DNA of 64,000 nt, taken from the NCBI RefSeq assembly GCF_018977255.1, contig NW_024704746.1, positions 21,576,001 through 21,640,000 of the forward strand. The letters run 5' to 3'. This document shows, piece by piece, positions 15,103-33,954 of this stretch. Below the pieces are notes generated by a model. It saw nothing but the letters and a program-made list of their open reading frames with translations. It was not told where the DNA came from and searched no databases. The DNA comes from Callorhinchus milii (Eukaryota). Position 1 is the stretch's first letter, and each line of letters begins with the position of its first letter. The position numbers were made by a program, and so were the translations under genes.

Positions 15103-15410
15103 TATAATAATAAATAATAATCCTTGTGCTTTTTCACGTCTTTGAGATGTCTCAAAGTGCTTCACAGAATATACTGTAAAGTGAATTGACTGTACATTTG
15201 TGGGCAAAACACAGCAGCCAATTGTGCACAGCAGCGTCCCAACAAACAGTAGTGGATTGAAGTGACCAATTTTTTTATTAATTGNTTTTTCTTGAGGGAT
15301 TATTATCAGGCGTGTAAGGAAATCTGCCCGAGATTTCCCCCTGGTGGGAATCGAACCGAGGTCTCTTGCTTGCGAGACGAGTGTTCTAACCACTGAGCTG
15401 CAGGACTCCT
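15103..15410 (-). mobile_element. Full-length tRNA-derived SINE
   Basis: Reverse-complement head (GGAGTCCTGCAGCTCAGTGGTTAGAAC...GGTTCGATTCCC) and (AAT)n tail. Confidence 0.85.
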
Positions 15411-16069
15411 GACCGCTGGCCGCTTCATGTAATCAGAATTATACCCCAGCAATTTAGTTGAGGGGCATTGCATTTAATCTGTGGTAATCTGTCTCCACTG
15501 TGGATAATAAAGATTTGCAATAAATACAGTACATCAAAAGCAAAGCATTTGCTGTACGTGGCAAGCAGCAGTAATATTACTATCAACTGGAGGATTAGAA
15601 ACTGTGTGTTTTCCAGACATCCAGGAAATTCTGATCCTTTTAAGTTCACCAAAGCCAACTATTCCCTCTGGCTATTTTTTTCTCTCAAGTACCCAGTAGT
15701 AGATTTGACACAATTGTCTCCGGGGTAGATTATGTAGCATCAGTGTATTTCCAAATCAACATTCAAACAATGATACCAAGTTTACATTGCAAATTTGACA
15801 GAGAATTGCCACGATATTAAGAGATTTGCTGCCAAATGGCCAGTGCAAATGTTGGTGCCAGCAGGGTTCAAAAGCACCTTGAGATGTTCTCCTATTGTGA
15901 AAGGTGCTAAATACGGTCAAGTTGTCTGTGTTGATGTCACCTGGAGGGGTAATCATGGAGCACTGCAGAGTGTCCGAAAATCGGTGGGTGAAAATTGTGC
16001 TGAGCTTTCTCTCCTGTTGGTCTCTTTGTGAAAAGTCTCGGACCACTCAACGAAGCAACTTTGCTGCCA

Positions 16070-16400
16070 GCGGTATTACAATTACATATTACAATTTTGC
16101 TCACAAAATATACAGCCGATTAACTTTACAGTCTATTCTGTGAACTTTTTGAGACGTCTCAAAGACATAATAAGGCGCTATATCAAATGCAAGGATTATT
16201 ATTATACATATTGCATCATCTACATACATTAATAATAATAATAAATTTTATATAGCGCCTTATCACATCTTCGCGACGTCTCAAAGCGCTTTGCAGAATA
16301 TACTGTAAAGTGAATTGACTGCGTTTTTGTGGGTGAAACGCGGCAGCCGATTGCGCACAGCAGTGTCCCGCAAACAGTCGTGGATTGAGTGACCACATTT
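16070..16400. mobile_element. Tail-to-tail inverted pair of SINE 3' halves
   Basis: Plus copy 16070-16205 and minus copy 16230-16400 of the same family. Confidence 0.75.
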
Positions 16401-19400
16401 TGTTAAGCAAGTATCGCCCCCGGAAAGCGACATTACATATCAAAGAAAAGTAAAACAAGTAAGAACTTAAATACATTTCTGTTTCCTTTTGTTATGTTCA
16501 TGTTTTGGCTTAACTTTCTGATGCACTGTATCGCCATTTCTTGGCATTAATGCTACAGTATTCATTCAGTAAAGGCCAAAAAAATTACTGGATACAGTTT
16601 TTTTTTGAAAAAAACCCGGCTAGAAACAGGAAGGTTTATAAAGTCAAAGCGACTTTTCAAAAGTTCTGTGTAATTTTATTCCTCTTGTACTTTTTGAGGG
16701 CCTGAAAATGTAAACTCATACATAAAGTCCTGGTCTTTCAGGGAGTGGTGCTTTCTGCCAACCCCGAATGCTGGCTGCAAAAAAGGTGTTCAGGACATTA
16801 AAAAAGATCATTCTGCTCCAATCAATAAGACACTGCTCTGCGCAATTGGCAGCTGCGTTTCGCTGCCCACAAAATACACAGTCATTCCACTTTACAGTGT
16901 ATCCTGCGAAGGGATTGGCGACGTCTCGAAGAAGTGATAAGGCGCTATATCAAATGGATTATTATTATGTTGCCTTCCTATACAGTAATAGGAAAACTCA
17001 ATTCTAATCCTACTGTGACTGTGTTGCTCCACTTGGAAAACACAGCAAACAAGTCCCCAAGAGAGGACCATTTTTCAGTTCTCGTTAGTGACACAGTGGA
17101 GAGACTGAACAACGTTCTCAACTGTATCACTGTTTTCACCTCTGGGACATGGATTTAAATCCTGCTCAATGTGATGAGGTGGAAGGCTTCTTCTCCCTCC
17201 TGATGTAAAAGACTGTCATGAAATGGGTTTGGGGGCAATTTCAACCCGTGTTCCAGTGAATTGGAGTCAGTGACTCACATCTCCTGATCACTTACTAAGT
17301 AAATCAACGTGTAAACAGGACAATATAGTAGGTCGACTCAACTTGTTAGGACAAATCAAACCTTATTCGAATACATTCAGTATTTTATCTAATCTTACAT
17401 TCTCCAAGCAGAAACTTTATACTTTACAAAACAAAAATCACCTTGTTAACCCACCCCCCTCTCAAATAGTGATTTATTCCTCCAGAAAATAAAGCAACAG
17501 CACAGGAAATGAGTTAGCTGGTGCTCCGACTTGAAATCATAGAGCCAGAACATTAATTGGCCAGGAATTGGCAGTAGGTCAGAGAGGCCGTAAGGAAAGC
17601 TAGTGTAAGATACTAAAATGTTATGACTGCTGTTTTGTGGCTGTTCTGAGATGAGTACAGTGGAGGGGGATGGATTGGAGAGGAAAGCAGCGAAGGTGAG
17701 TGGATTGGTTGAATCTGGTGTTCAGTGAACGACAATAACAACAACTTGCATTTATACAGCACCCTTCACGCGGGGTAGCTACCTGGAGAGCTTCACAGTG
17801 GCGGAGTCTGACCCCGAGCCGGGGGTAGAGGGAAGGGGGAGGTGGGGAGGCCACCATAAGCATGACCAAAAAGTGGACTGATAATCCAATGATTCAATTT
17901 CACTATTGTGAACAGATGGCTGTTTAAGGCAAATTTCTCTGCAGAGTTTCCAGAATCAGCCTCGAGCTGCATTTTTTTCTTTGTCCTTTTCTTTCTCTTA
18001 TTCAGTTCACAGAATGCTGTTCTCCAGGTGAGTGGCCAAACAGCTTCTGAAAGGGTTTAACACTTGGCTGGTGTATGAGACTTGAATTGTTTCCATTTAT
18101 GCAATGTCCTCATATTGCTCAGCTTCTACCTTGCCAGTCAGTAAAGCAAATTATAGTATACAGTCTGGGATAATTTAAAAACTATAATGTGATTCATGTT
18201 TCATGTTGCTTCTCATGAACCGAACAGAACACAAACGTTACTGTTTACTTGTGCTCCTCAGCGCTCAGTTAAGTCTAAAATAGGAAAATGAGAGAAAAAA
18301 TAAGCACATCAGACATAGCCTGAAATCATAAGACCGTAGAATTTCTCACAGAGAAAGAAATTTGGTGAAAAGATATAAAATCATTTACAAACATTGCTCT
18401 TCAACAACATTGTACATCTTTATACAGAAGATTATAATATAATGGTGACTATCCAATGGGGGATGGGGGGGAGAGGGGTCAACACAGACAGAATTAACTA
18501 ATCCTTGCAGATTTTTTATTCTGCTTACACTAGAAAATGTGAAACAAAACAAAGGCAAGCATTGACAAAGAGAGTCTGTTGAACCTCAACGTATATTTTA
18601 CTCTATTGACATTTAGGAAAGAATACATTGCATAAATCACAATATATGGCAGATTATATAATGTGCATTATGATACATTATAATAAGCTGCATTATGCAA
18701 CTGAGAGGCACAACGGTTGAGTAGATCTTTGGACTCTGAGTACAAATTCAGTCCCAATTGATAGAATAAAGATTCTGCTCATTGTAAGGGCCGGAAGAGG
18801 AATGAATCTGGGCTGTATCAATGGGCTCAATGGGCTCAGGCCGAGAGAACAAGCTACCCACAATGTGTAATGTGAACGCCAATCAAACTCGCAATAAATG
18901 GATCAAATGGTTAATGTGGAACGACCATCCTGTGTTTTTTTACATGCTGTTTGGAGGAATGGATAGGGAGCAGGTGGAGGAGGGGAGGAGGAGAGTAAGG
19001 TGGTGGGGAAGGTCAGGGTAGCATTGGAGAGGAAGCAGAACTGTGAATGTAATATATGTATTCAATTAGGATTATATTTAGAATATGTTTTTTAAACGCT
19101 GAGCTGTAAAGAATAAACTAACGAAGGATAAAAATCAAAGGATATGAAAAAAGTTTAATCTGGCAATACCGATTCAACAACAACAACAACTTGAATTTAT
19201 ATAGCGCCCTTCACACGAGTTGCGTCTGGGGATAGATGAAGAAAAGGATTTTTTTGTATGTGGATTCATCGTAATAGTTAGTCTGGGTATTGTGAGTGTT
19301 GACAGCAGTTTTTAATTATCAGTTTGCAGCCCTTCCCCTCTAATATCTGTCGACCTGTTAATAACAAATCAATAAATCATTCTACACATCTGATCTGACT

Positions 19401-21164
19401 TGTTTTGCATCTGCAAAGGAGGTAACAGAGCAAATGCTGTCGGCTGCAGTCAGGATTGTAAAACAGACAAAGAATGTCCAGGTAATTCTATAGCTGAACT
19501 ATTATAATATATATTATGAAACTGAAGTCTATTATTCCTCTTGTCATCCTGATTTATTGATCTTCCTCTTGCTCGCAACAGTTTATGCACAAAAACATGA
19601 TTAATTCTCAAGCAAAGAGAACACAGACTGTCAGAACTATATTCCTATTCTCTTGTCTTGTCAAAGTTCCCAAGATCATAAAGATTGTCAGAGAGAAATA
19701 AGCCAACATGACTTCAACAGCAGAAGGCCTTTCTTGTCATTCTTGGAATATGCACACAACCGCAAGCAAAGTTTATCCAAGAAATATCTACCCTCATCTG
19801 CGATAATTGTCACATCACAAGTCTCATTTTTCTCCCCACCATTTCCATTCATTGAATTAAATTTGTCACAGAATATTAGAGCCTATATTGCGAAGTATTC
19901 CAGTTTATGGAATGACATAAATGCTAGGATCCTGGGAAACCTTTAATAAAAACAGATAGATCTCATTCTTTTTAATGTACAATAGTTCCTGGCCTCTGTC
20001 AATGAACTTCAGTTTTCATTGATGCTAATTGTGATGTAACCTTTGCGTCAGTATACCTCCAGGCCTTGCACACAGTACAGTCATGTTGCTATACTAACTG
20101 TTCCCAACACAGGTAAACAGAGAAGAAGTGCCGATAAAATCACCCTGGGGTTCTTGGCATGCCCTCCCAAATAGATTTATAGTGGTTTTGAGAGGCTTTG
20201 GAATGGTATGTGGCATAAGTTGTCCTAAAGAGCGCTAGAGAAAATATCAGAAAATGAGAACGTTTATATTAAAATATGCATCAATTTCAAAATATGAATT
20301 ATTCCTTCCACACTGCACAAGGCTGGAAAACAACAAGCCATCAAAAGGACATAAGGCTGTGTTAAAGAGCTCTGAATTCAGCCTACGCACAGCAGTGAAG
20401 AGGGAATGCAACATTGGATTTCTAAATGTTGATTATTCCCACACAACCAGTGGAAAACGATGGGCAACTGAAACCCTGACAAAGACTCCGCTTGATGCCG
20501 TTGGCCGTGAGCCCTCTGAATCATCAGGCTGTGTGTAATAAAACGCCTTCCTTCCATTATCACAGCCGTCTCGGGTTCTGTAGCCAAAACAATGCAAAAT
20601 TGTGTATCTTAAGCTGCAGATCCCCGGTGACTGAAAATACTGTTGTGAAACAAAGTTTGCTGACAGATAAGAGGGGTGGAGAAAATCTCAAGTATGGCTT
20701 GGAATCTCTCTGGGCTGGTCCGCTGTGGAAAGTGAAAGGCTTTTCCTCTGTGCCGAAAGGGCACGGCTTAAATGAGGATAAATGGAGGCATTCTTGAAGA
20801 AAACTGGCATTTTCCTTGTTTCTTTTGTGTGGAGCAACTTAATAAATATCTCAGTCATTGTGATGTTTTGGCATCGATCCACTAACCCTTTTGCAATTAA
20901 AACACAAAGTGTTCTTTTTTCCCTTTATTCGGACACTCCTGCATCTGAAGACATGGAGCTGTTCCAGTTCTGTGGACCTTCATTTTTTTGTTGTCACTTC
21001 TCGCCAGGATTCTGTTACTCTGCTCCATGAACTCCCTGCCCCCAAATTGGTCTCCTCGGTTCAGTACATTTAGAGGAGAATTAGTCCCTGTGAGATTTTA
21101 AGAAATTGATAATATTTCACAAGCATTATTTAATTTGACGTTTGTCATTGTGTTATTTGTAAAA

Positions 21165-21520
21165 ATAGAAACCTAGAAACAGGAGGAGGCCATTCAGCCC
21201 CTTGAGCCTATTCCGCCATTCTGTACGTTCGTGGCTGATCTGTACCTCAACTTCAATTACCCGCCCGTGCCCCATATCCCTTCATACCCTGACCTAACAA
21301 ATATCTATCCACATCAGTCTTGAAAATGTGAATGGATCCAACATTCACGGCCTTTTGGGGGAGAGAGTTCCAGATTTCCGCTACCCTTTGGGTGAAAAAC
21401 TGCCTCCGGATTTCACTCCTAAATGGCTTCGCTCTAATTTTTTTAAGAAGATGCCCCCTTGTTCTGAATTCCCTCATCAGAGGAAACAATTTCTTTGTGT
21501 CCACCCTATTGAATCCCTTT
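21165..21520 (-). mobile_element. CR1-clade LINE 3' end
   Basis: Minus ORF IKGFNRVDTKKLFPL...RTRGH...RRQFFTQRVAEIWNSLPQKAV...FKTDVDRYL is the CR1 ORF2 C-terminus, followed by the typical 3' UTR. Confidence 0.88.
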
Positions 21521-24225
21521 ATTCTTTCAAAAAGAAGTGAGAGAACAAGTGGAAGATCCATCTATGTCTCTCCACAATAATATAGTCTGGTAAACTATAA
21601 TTCAAAAGAAGTTATTGAAGAATCCTTCCATTGATCGGAGAGCGTCAGTGGAGTCACATTTGGAATAATCAGGTTGCAGTTGTGGGCACCTGATGCAGAA
21701 GGATTTTAAAGTGTTGGAAAATGTTCAAAGAAGAACAAAAAAGGACGATTCTTAGATTTTTCCATTTCATCAACAGCTCCTGGTCAATGCCTTCTAGTAC
21801 ATATTCCCCTCTGCATTCTAATTGATAGCAAGACAGGGAGTGTACCAAATTCCAACTTGCAAGTCTGTTCTCTCTCTTCCCCTGGCTCAGAGTCAGACTC
21901 CGCCATTGTCAAGCATTCCAGGTCACTACCCTTCGTGACGGGCGCTGTACTGTTGTCTACACAATAATGCCAGTTTCTAACAACCCAATATGCAATTCTT
22001 AGGAACGCTTTGAGAATCCCTTCCCCGAGAACTAGAGTGTGCTACCCTTGCTATCAAATAAAAAGTTCAGATGGTAGAACTATATCAATTAAGGGACCTT
22101 TGGGTCTAAGTATCAGGGCAGACAGTGTTGCGCAGTCCCTATATTCTACACTGCCTCATTCAGGCTCAGTAACGTAAAAAACAGAACTCTTGTTTTTACA
22201 AAACTTACAACAGAAGTCATCAATTTTGCAACAAAAAAAATGAAAACCAAAAGTGAATTTGCTTTAGAAGAATCACAACCTGATATTATCCAATGCCTGG
22301 AATGGTACTTTGTGGGTTAACTTGGATAAACAGTATTCCTTGCTGCTGAAATGAGAAGTCAGTGTGTACCCACACTGAGCTGATTATAGGGGCTCGAGCA
22401 AGGAATCCTGCACACTTTGTAAAGTTAAATTGATTCAAGGCTGAGTAAGAGAATCATGCAATTTGATTAAAACAGGCACTCTCCAACCGTATACAGTTTG
22501 TACAATTAAAGGAAAAATCTAGGATGTAAATAACATTTACACGAAGCCGATGGCCACACACATGCAATGATGTTAAGCAATACAGGAGAGTGCTGCTACT
22601 TTTAACAACAATAATGAATAAAGGCCCCACTCACAATTTGTACTGTGCGTGTGGGCTTCATCGCTGCAGCCAGTAAGTGCACCTGTGGTCACAGGTCAAG
22701 ACTACGATTTAATGCATCTTGACCCATCCCCACATGTGCACTTAACAGCAAGTATTGCAATCGCATTGTATCGTGAGAAATGAAGTTCTCCTGCACATGC
22801 GTCATTGAGTCAGGATGTCAATTTCCATGATTCACTGCAGGAGTAATGGAGAGTAGGGCAGTGCCATTACAAGTTAGGAGATGATAAATACAATTAATGC
22901 AAAGAAATCTAAGTGGTCTTGATAAGAAACTGAATGGCACTCAAGTGCATGTAATATAAAGTCGTCCACAAAATATACAGTCAATTCACTTGACAGTATA
23001 TTCTGTGAAGTGCTTTGAGACCTCTCGAAGAAGTGTTAAGGCGCTATATCAAATGCAAGGATTATTATTCTTATTATGTACGACTTAGGCGATTATACGA
23101 TTGATAAGGTTAAGACTACGCAAATTTTACTGCATTTCATAAGTGAATGACTTTGAGAGTTATAAGTTGATCCATTCAGGAACAATTTTAGGTATCCTGT
23201 ACTAAAATGTGCTATACTTCCACCTAACATGATGCTAAACTATGAAACAAGACATAGTCAGAATATTCCTCTTCCAACTTCACTCCGTAGCTCTTTACTT
23301 TGTCTTATGCTGCTCGCATATGTTTACAAAATAAAGAAAACCCATTCATTCCAGCAGACAGCTTGTAGCTTTCAATGCCAGTTCGTCTCTGCCTGTGGGG
23401 ACTCCATGGTGGGTGAAGTGTTAATAAATGAGTACAACAGCAGAAAGCAAGAGGGTAGAGGAAGAAAAACAGGAAGCTCTTTTTTTCTTAGGCATCAATT
23501 GAGCTATAAATATAAAAACATGAAATAAGTCAAGGATCCTGTGGCAATTGACAAAGACATGAGATTGGTAAATGTTTGGCAGCTGTTTTTCCCAAATGAT
23601 AGGATTGTTCTGTTCTCTTCAGTCCTATACAGAACACAACCATTATTCTGATTTAAACACCGTTTTTTTCCGTAAAGTCTCACCTAATCTGGGCCCAGCC
23701 GGAATCGATGTAATACGTGAGTTGTGAGGTTTTGGATAGATCTATTTTATCTCTTCCAAAGAGAGAATCAGCAGTTCAGTGTTAAACCCCCTGATATCAC
23801 GGTTCAAGCAGGATGGAGTTGAGCATTTTAGAAATCAAAGAAAATTTGGGATTGGCTGAGGCAACTATTTGGATGCCAATAAGGCTCTTATAGAATGGGA
23901 AAGTTTATTTGCTATACCATCTTACATAAACAAAATTAAAAAGCAGGCGACTGAAAGATTAGAGGCAGAATTCAAAATCATTGAAAAACAGTATTCTGTC
24001 TCAACCATATAATTTAACATAGCCTTGCTTATCGAAACCTAACCTAGTCTGAATCATAGAATCACAGAAAAGTTACAATACGTACACAGAAAGGTCATGG
24101 AAATATGGTGAAAGGGCAGAAAAGAGGATTGCTCCCAAAGACAGAAGTTAATAATCCTGAAAATGATTGTGATTTAAAGGTATTCATTTCATGAGACAAG
24201 ATTTCTTAATAAGGACTCTGAGGTA

Positions 24226-24511
24226 CAAATAGGAATACTTTTGGTAACCAGACGAACATCATTTAACTCACATTTGATATATATATATATTATATATAAA
24301 TGATTTTAGTAGGTCCACACCCAATAGGATCATCAGAATCACATGGGTTTCATTGGACAAAATTCAATGTGCAAATAGGAATACTTTTGGTAACCAGACG
24401 TACATCATTTAACTCACATTCGAGATATATATATATATAAATGACTTTAGTAGGTCCACACCAATAGGATCATCAGAATCACATGGGTTTCATTGGACAA
24501 AATTCAATGTG
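24226..24511. repeat. Near-perfect two-copy tandem duplication (units of about 146 and 140 nt)
   Basis: 24226-24371 and 24372-24511 differ mainly in an internal (TA)n. Confidence 0.9.
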
Positions 24512-26954
24512 AGAGGGCCTTCCAACTATTCATTGTTTGAGGGAGCACCAGCTTTCAATAGCTGCAGTGAATAGTTCACTCCTTATCCACTCTACTGTTG
24601 GAAACCCTATTTGATACTGCAGCCAGCACCCACCCACCACAGCTTTCATTAAAAGCATCAATTACAAAATCAAGCATGATGAAAAGCAGTAGCTCAAGAT
24701 TTTACACAGTGATACTTTTCATTCACTGAGTTCATTTCAACAATGTACAGTAACCTTATATTGTGCATTAAGACCCACCCCTTTAATTCGAATAATTAAT
24801 GTCGTCAGTGCAACAATGATCTTTAAATCCACATCAAATCAAATCAAACTGTGCTGATTGTGCACACCTCCAACAGTGCTTTACTTCCTCTCGACCCTGT
24901 GTTCCTCTCCTGCTTCTGCTGGCAGCGTCCATGACATCATGTCATACAATCTCACCAGAGAGAATGTAGCATTCACTCTCAGCAAAGCAGAACAAGCTAA
25001 TTTGGCAGTGATGATTAGCAGACGGATACCGTGCACAATATTGCCAAGATGTGCAGAATCTGGATTAAACATGAAACACGGTGTGGAAATGTCAGGGTGC
25101 TGACCTGTCATTACAGTAATAGCACTTGCTGACAGGATAAAGCATTATGGGAACATTACCCTTTGCCATCTGGCCCATCTTATGTCAGGCTTGGTAAAGA
25201 AAACATTGCATCACCCTGGGGCCGTGTACTGTCAGAGGCACTAATGCACTGTCACAATCAGATCCTATCCTTCTGGAGGGAGAAGTTAGCAAGGCCTCTT
25301 TGGGGCTGAGTTACCAGAATGGGAGATCAGAATTACGTTAATCCTCTGTGCCTGTCTCAGTAGTTTGAAACCTGAGCCGAGCAGGTCTGCAGTACGCCAG
25401 GGTACTGTTGATGATGGAACTAATGCTTTGGAGGGACAGACCAGTCAACGATGAGGTGTGTTTGTCAAGCAGAGAGGTGTGTGTAGTACAGATGACTGGC
25501 ACAAGGTGGCACATGGTGACGACAGCAAGTGTGTTTGCTTGCACACTGCTTCATGACAGTAGACACTACGTATAATTATCAGGATTCTTTTAACTTATCA
25601 GATCTGTATTAGATCAGTTCCCAGCATCACTTCATACACCATTCGTCAACCAAGGGTACATAACTAGCAGGGAACTTGACTGCCGAGAGGCTGTACTGAC
25701 TCTGGATGTTGTCCTCACCCAAAATCCCTATTAGTATATTTCCCAGCAAAGGTCACTGAATAGCAGTCTTCCTCCCACCCTCACTGACGGAGAGCAATCA
25801 GGCCAATTGTAGTGTCCCAGCAACAGCTCTGATTGAGAACAGTTAACTCATTAAAGACGAGGTCCACACGAAGGCCTTTCTTGTTTGTATAGTTCACTGC
25901 CCCTGATCAATTGAGCCATGAAGGAAGTCTTGCAGCACACACCGAACAATATTTAATTTTTAAAAATCCTTGCCTTTAATATAGCGCCTTTCATGTCGAA
26001 AGGATGTCTCAAAGTGCTTCACAGGATCTGTAAAGTGTAGTGCCTGTGTATTTTGTAGGTGAGTGTAACAGCATCAATTCCTTACTCCACCTCCAGGGTG
26101 GACGAAGCCCCCACAAGTTGATGTTTCAGCAACTTTTCTTCTTTTGCATCCTTGCAAAATAATTCCATTCCTGTCTCCAATACTGAATATTTTGTCAGCC
26201 GGGTGTTTGACATATGCGGAAACCCACCACCGTGCTTTAAAAGTATTCAAACCAGACTGAGTTTCAGTGTGCGTGCCACTTTATGTGTTACTGACACATG
26301 AAAATGGAAATAACTCGATTTGCTGTCTCCGATGTTGAAATCATCAGGAGGGCGATGAAAATCATTATTTTAATAGTTAAAATATACGTATGGTATTTGC
26401 TGAATACTATACTGCGCTGGATACAGTAGTTACGTCCTGACACCTGGTAGTCATAAAGTTACTTAAGTGTTGTCTGGACACTCCTGCAGTGTGCAAGACG
26501 TACACAATTACTGTAGCCATTGTGCACCATCTTATGGCAGTAATCTGTTATTACACACATCTCTTGCTTCACTAAATCTTTTCTATACTCTGCCTGATTT
26601 TCTTTCATAATATTATCCTAAGATTTGTTGTATGCTTCTCTTTTAAGTCTTTTCTTGTTGCCTCGACCTCTTGCCAACCTGCGCCTAATACTCTCCGGAA
26701 TTAGGTAAGCAGGACACGTCCCTCCATAGGGAGGGAGGGAGAGAGAGAGAGAGAGAGAGCATTCCATTCCAACAATCTGTCTCTGGAATCTCCATGTCCG
26801 GGTGGGATGCATGGAAATCTCAGTTTGGTTTGGAGACAGTTAAGCACGGCGATGGGTTTTCACATGTGTCAAGACACCCGACTGGCAGAAAAAAACAACC
26901 ACCCTGGTTCCCTTCTCAGAAACCCTTTCTACTTTTCTCATTTTTTGGGGGTCA

Positions 26955-28140
26955 GTCTTAACTCCACATGCCTCGGTTTACCGAGCAGTAAGTTTGAACC
27001 TGGTTATTAGTCGATTGGCAAATCGCATGCTGAGGGTAATAATCCCTCCTCACCGTCCTCCTCTCCCCCACCCCACTCCAATAAAATGTTTTGGTCACTC
27101 AATCCTCGACTGTTTGTGGGATGCTGCTGTGCACAATTGGCCGCCGCGTTTCGTCCACAAAATACAGTCAATCCACTTTACAATCTATTCCGTTAAGCCC
27201 TTTGATATGTTTCAACGGGGTGACAAGGCGCTGGGTCAAATACAATGCGTATTACATTATTAGAATGATTGTGGCGGGCCTGCTTCATCCAAATCAATCT
27301 AGTGAAGTTACAATAGTGTTTAGATTGGGGTTTGGAGTGGTAGAATGTCTTATAATGCTGAACGCGATGATCGCCAATCCCCCCTCCCTCCTTGTGCAAT
27401 GCCCAACCTCGCCATTACACAGAGCTCCGAGACGCTATCCCCCCTGAAGGGCAGCAATGCATACGTGAGTCGTTGTGCATCTTCCAGTATTGAAGATGTG
27501 AAAAGCGCTATATCAAATGCAAGGATTATTATTATTATTATTATTATTATTGAAAGCCCTTACACAAAAACCAGAGTTGCGGAAGTTTTCCGATTCTCTC
27601 TACTGCTGCGCTTCGCCCACAAAATACACGACGTCAATTCGCTTTGACAGAAAATTCTGCGGAGTCAGTCCCTTTGAGACGTTTCGAAGACGTGATAAGG
27701 AGCTGCATCAATCGCAAGGATGATGATGATGATTATTATTATTATTATGATTATGATGATTGTTATTGTCGTGTGGAGTCCCTGTAGCTCCGTGGGTTAC
27801 AGTTACAGAGACCCGGGTTCGATTTCCCGGCAGATCAGGGCGAAACCTTGGCCGAGTTTCCTTACTCCACGCGGCTGATGGTAACCCCTTCGGGGGGGGG
27901 AAAAAGAACCCAAAACAATAATAAAATCGGTCGCTTCGTTCCGCGGCCGCTCGCGGTGGTGGTGGCGGCGGCGGTGTGAGGGGGAGAGGCCGCCGCGCGC
28001 CATTGGCTGCCGCGTTTCCCCCACAAATACCCCTTCACGTCAGTTCACGTTTACAGTCTGTTCTGCGAAGCGCTCGTGAGAGCTTTGGAAGATGTGATCA
28101 GGAGCTGTGTCGATTGCAAGGATCATGATGATGATGATGA
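26955..28140 (+). mobile_element. Stack of about 4 same-orientation SINE copies abutting the RPS8 promoter
   Basis: Repeated family tails near 27260, 27550, 27770 and 28140, and a tRNA head at 27773. Confidence 0.75.
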
Positions 28141-28234
28141 TGACGGTGACGGTGATGATTGTAGTGGGCGGTGGTGGTGATGATTGTAGTGGGTGATGGT
28201 GGTCATGTTGTTGTTGTTGTCGTTGCCCCTCACA

Positions 28235-28362
28235 AAGATGGCGGCGGCCCGATCCCGTGACGTCAGCGCTCCCCCTCTCGGGGGGGGGCTGGAGATCTCG
28301 CGAGGGCGCCGCGGCCCGCGCGCCCACCTGCGGCCCAGAATCCTTTGCGCCGTCCTCTTTCC
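28235..28362 (+). promoter_or_regulatory. RPS8 CpG-island promoter with 5' TOP/TCT initiator
   Basis: YY1-type AAGATGGCGG 28235-28244, CRE TGACGTCA 28258-28265, TCTCGCGAG motif 28296-28304 and pyrimidine tract TCCTCTTTCC 28353-28362 just upstream of the ATG. All are typical of vertebrate ribosomal protein promoters. Confidence 0.8.
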
Positions 28363-28379
28363 AGCCGCCGCGCCTGACG

Positions 28380-33571
<5,192 letters not shown>

Positions 33572-33597
33572 ACATGTTTGCAAGAAAATGAGATCTT

Positions 33598-33603
33598 AAT
33601 AAA
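33598..33603 (+). terminator. RPS8 polyadenylation signal
   Basis: AATAAA 27 nt after the stop codon, followed by a T/GT-rich tract. Confidence 0.8.
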
Positions 33604-33823
33604 CCCATTTTTCACCCAATTTTGTCTGGTTCTTTTCTGAAGGACAGAAAGGTATACTGTGTATGTTTTGCCTACTCCCAACATACAATCAACAAAATAT
33701 TTTTTCAGAAACTAAGCTTTAACCCTATTATTACATTGACTTTTTCTAATACTGTGTGGGTAATCATTCTAAAATACTGATGAAGAATTCTGTTCTTAGA
33801 TGTGGCAAATATTGTAGCTGATA

Positions 33824-33954
33824 TGCACAACTAAGTGACTTGATAGCCTACTTGTGGCCTTGAGGTTTCATTCTTGTGCAAGATTAAACTTCAGTTTGCA
33901 GATGGGATGAGCTTTAACCTGTGGCTTGCTCCCTTTCGAAGGCTGGGGATAATT
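33824..33954 (+). ncRNA. Box H/ACA snoRNA-like RNA, copy A (3' box ATA), downstream of the RPS8 polyA signal
   Basis: Hairpin 1 closed by TGCACAA/TTGTGCA, H box AGATTA 33881-33886, hairpin 2 (CTTCAGTT/GGCTGGGG; GGGATGAGC/GCTTGCTCCC), ATA at 33949-33951, 131 nt long. Paralog at 39461-39590. Confidence 0.6.
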
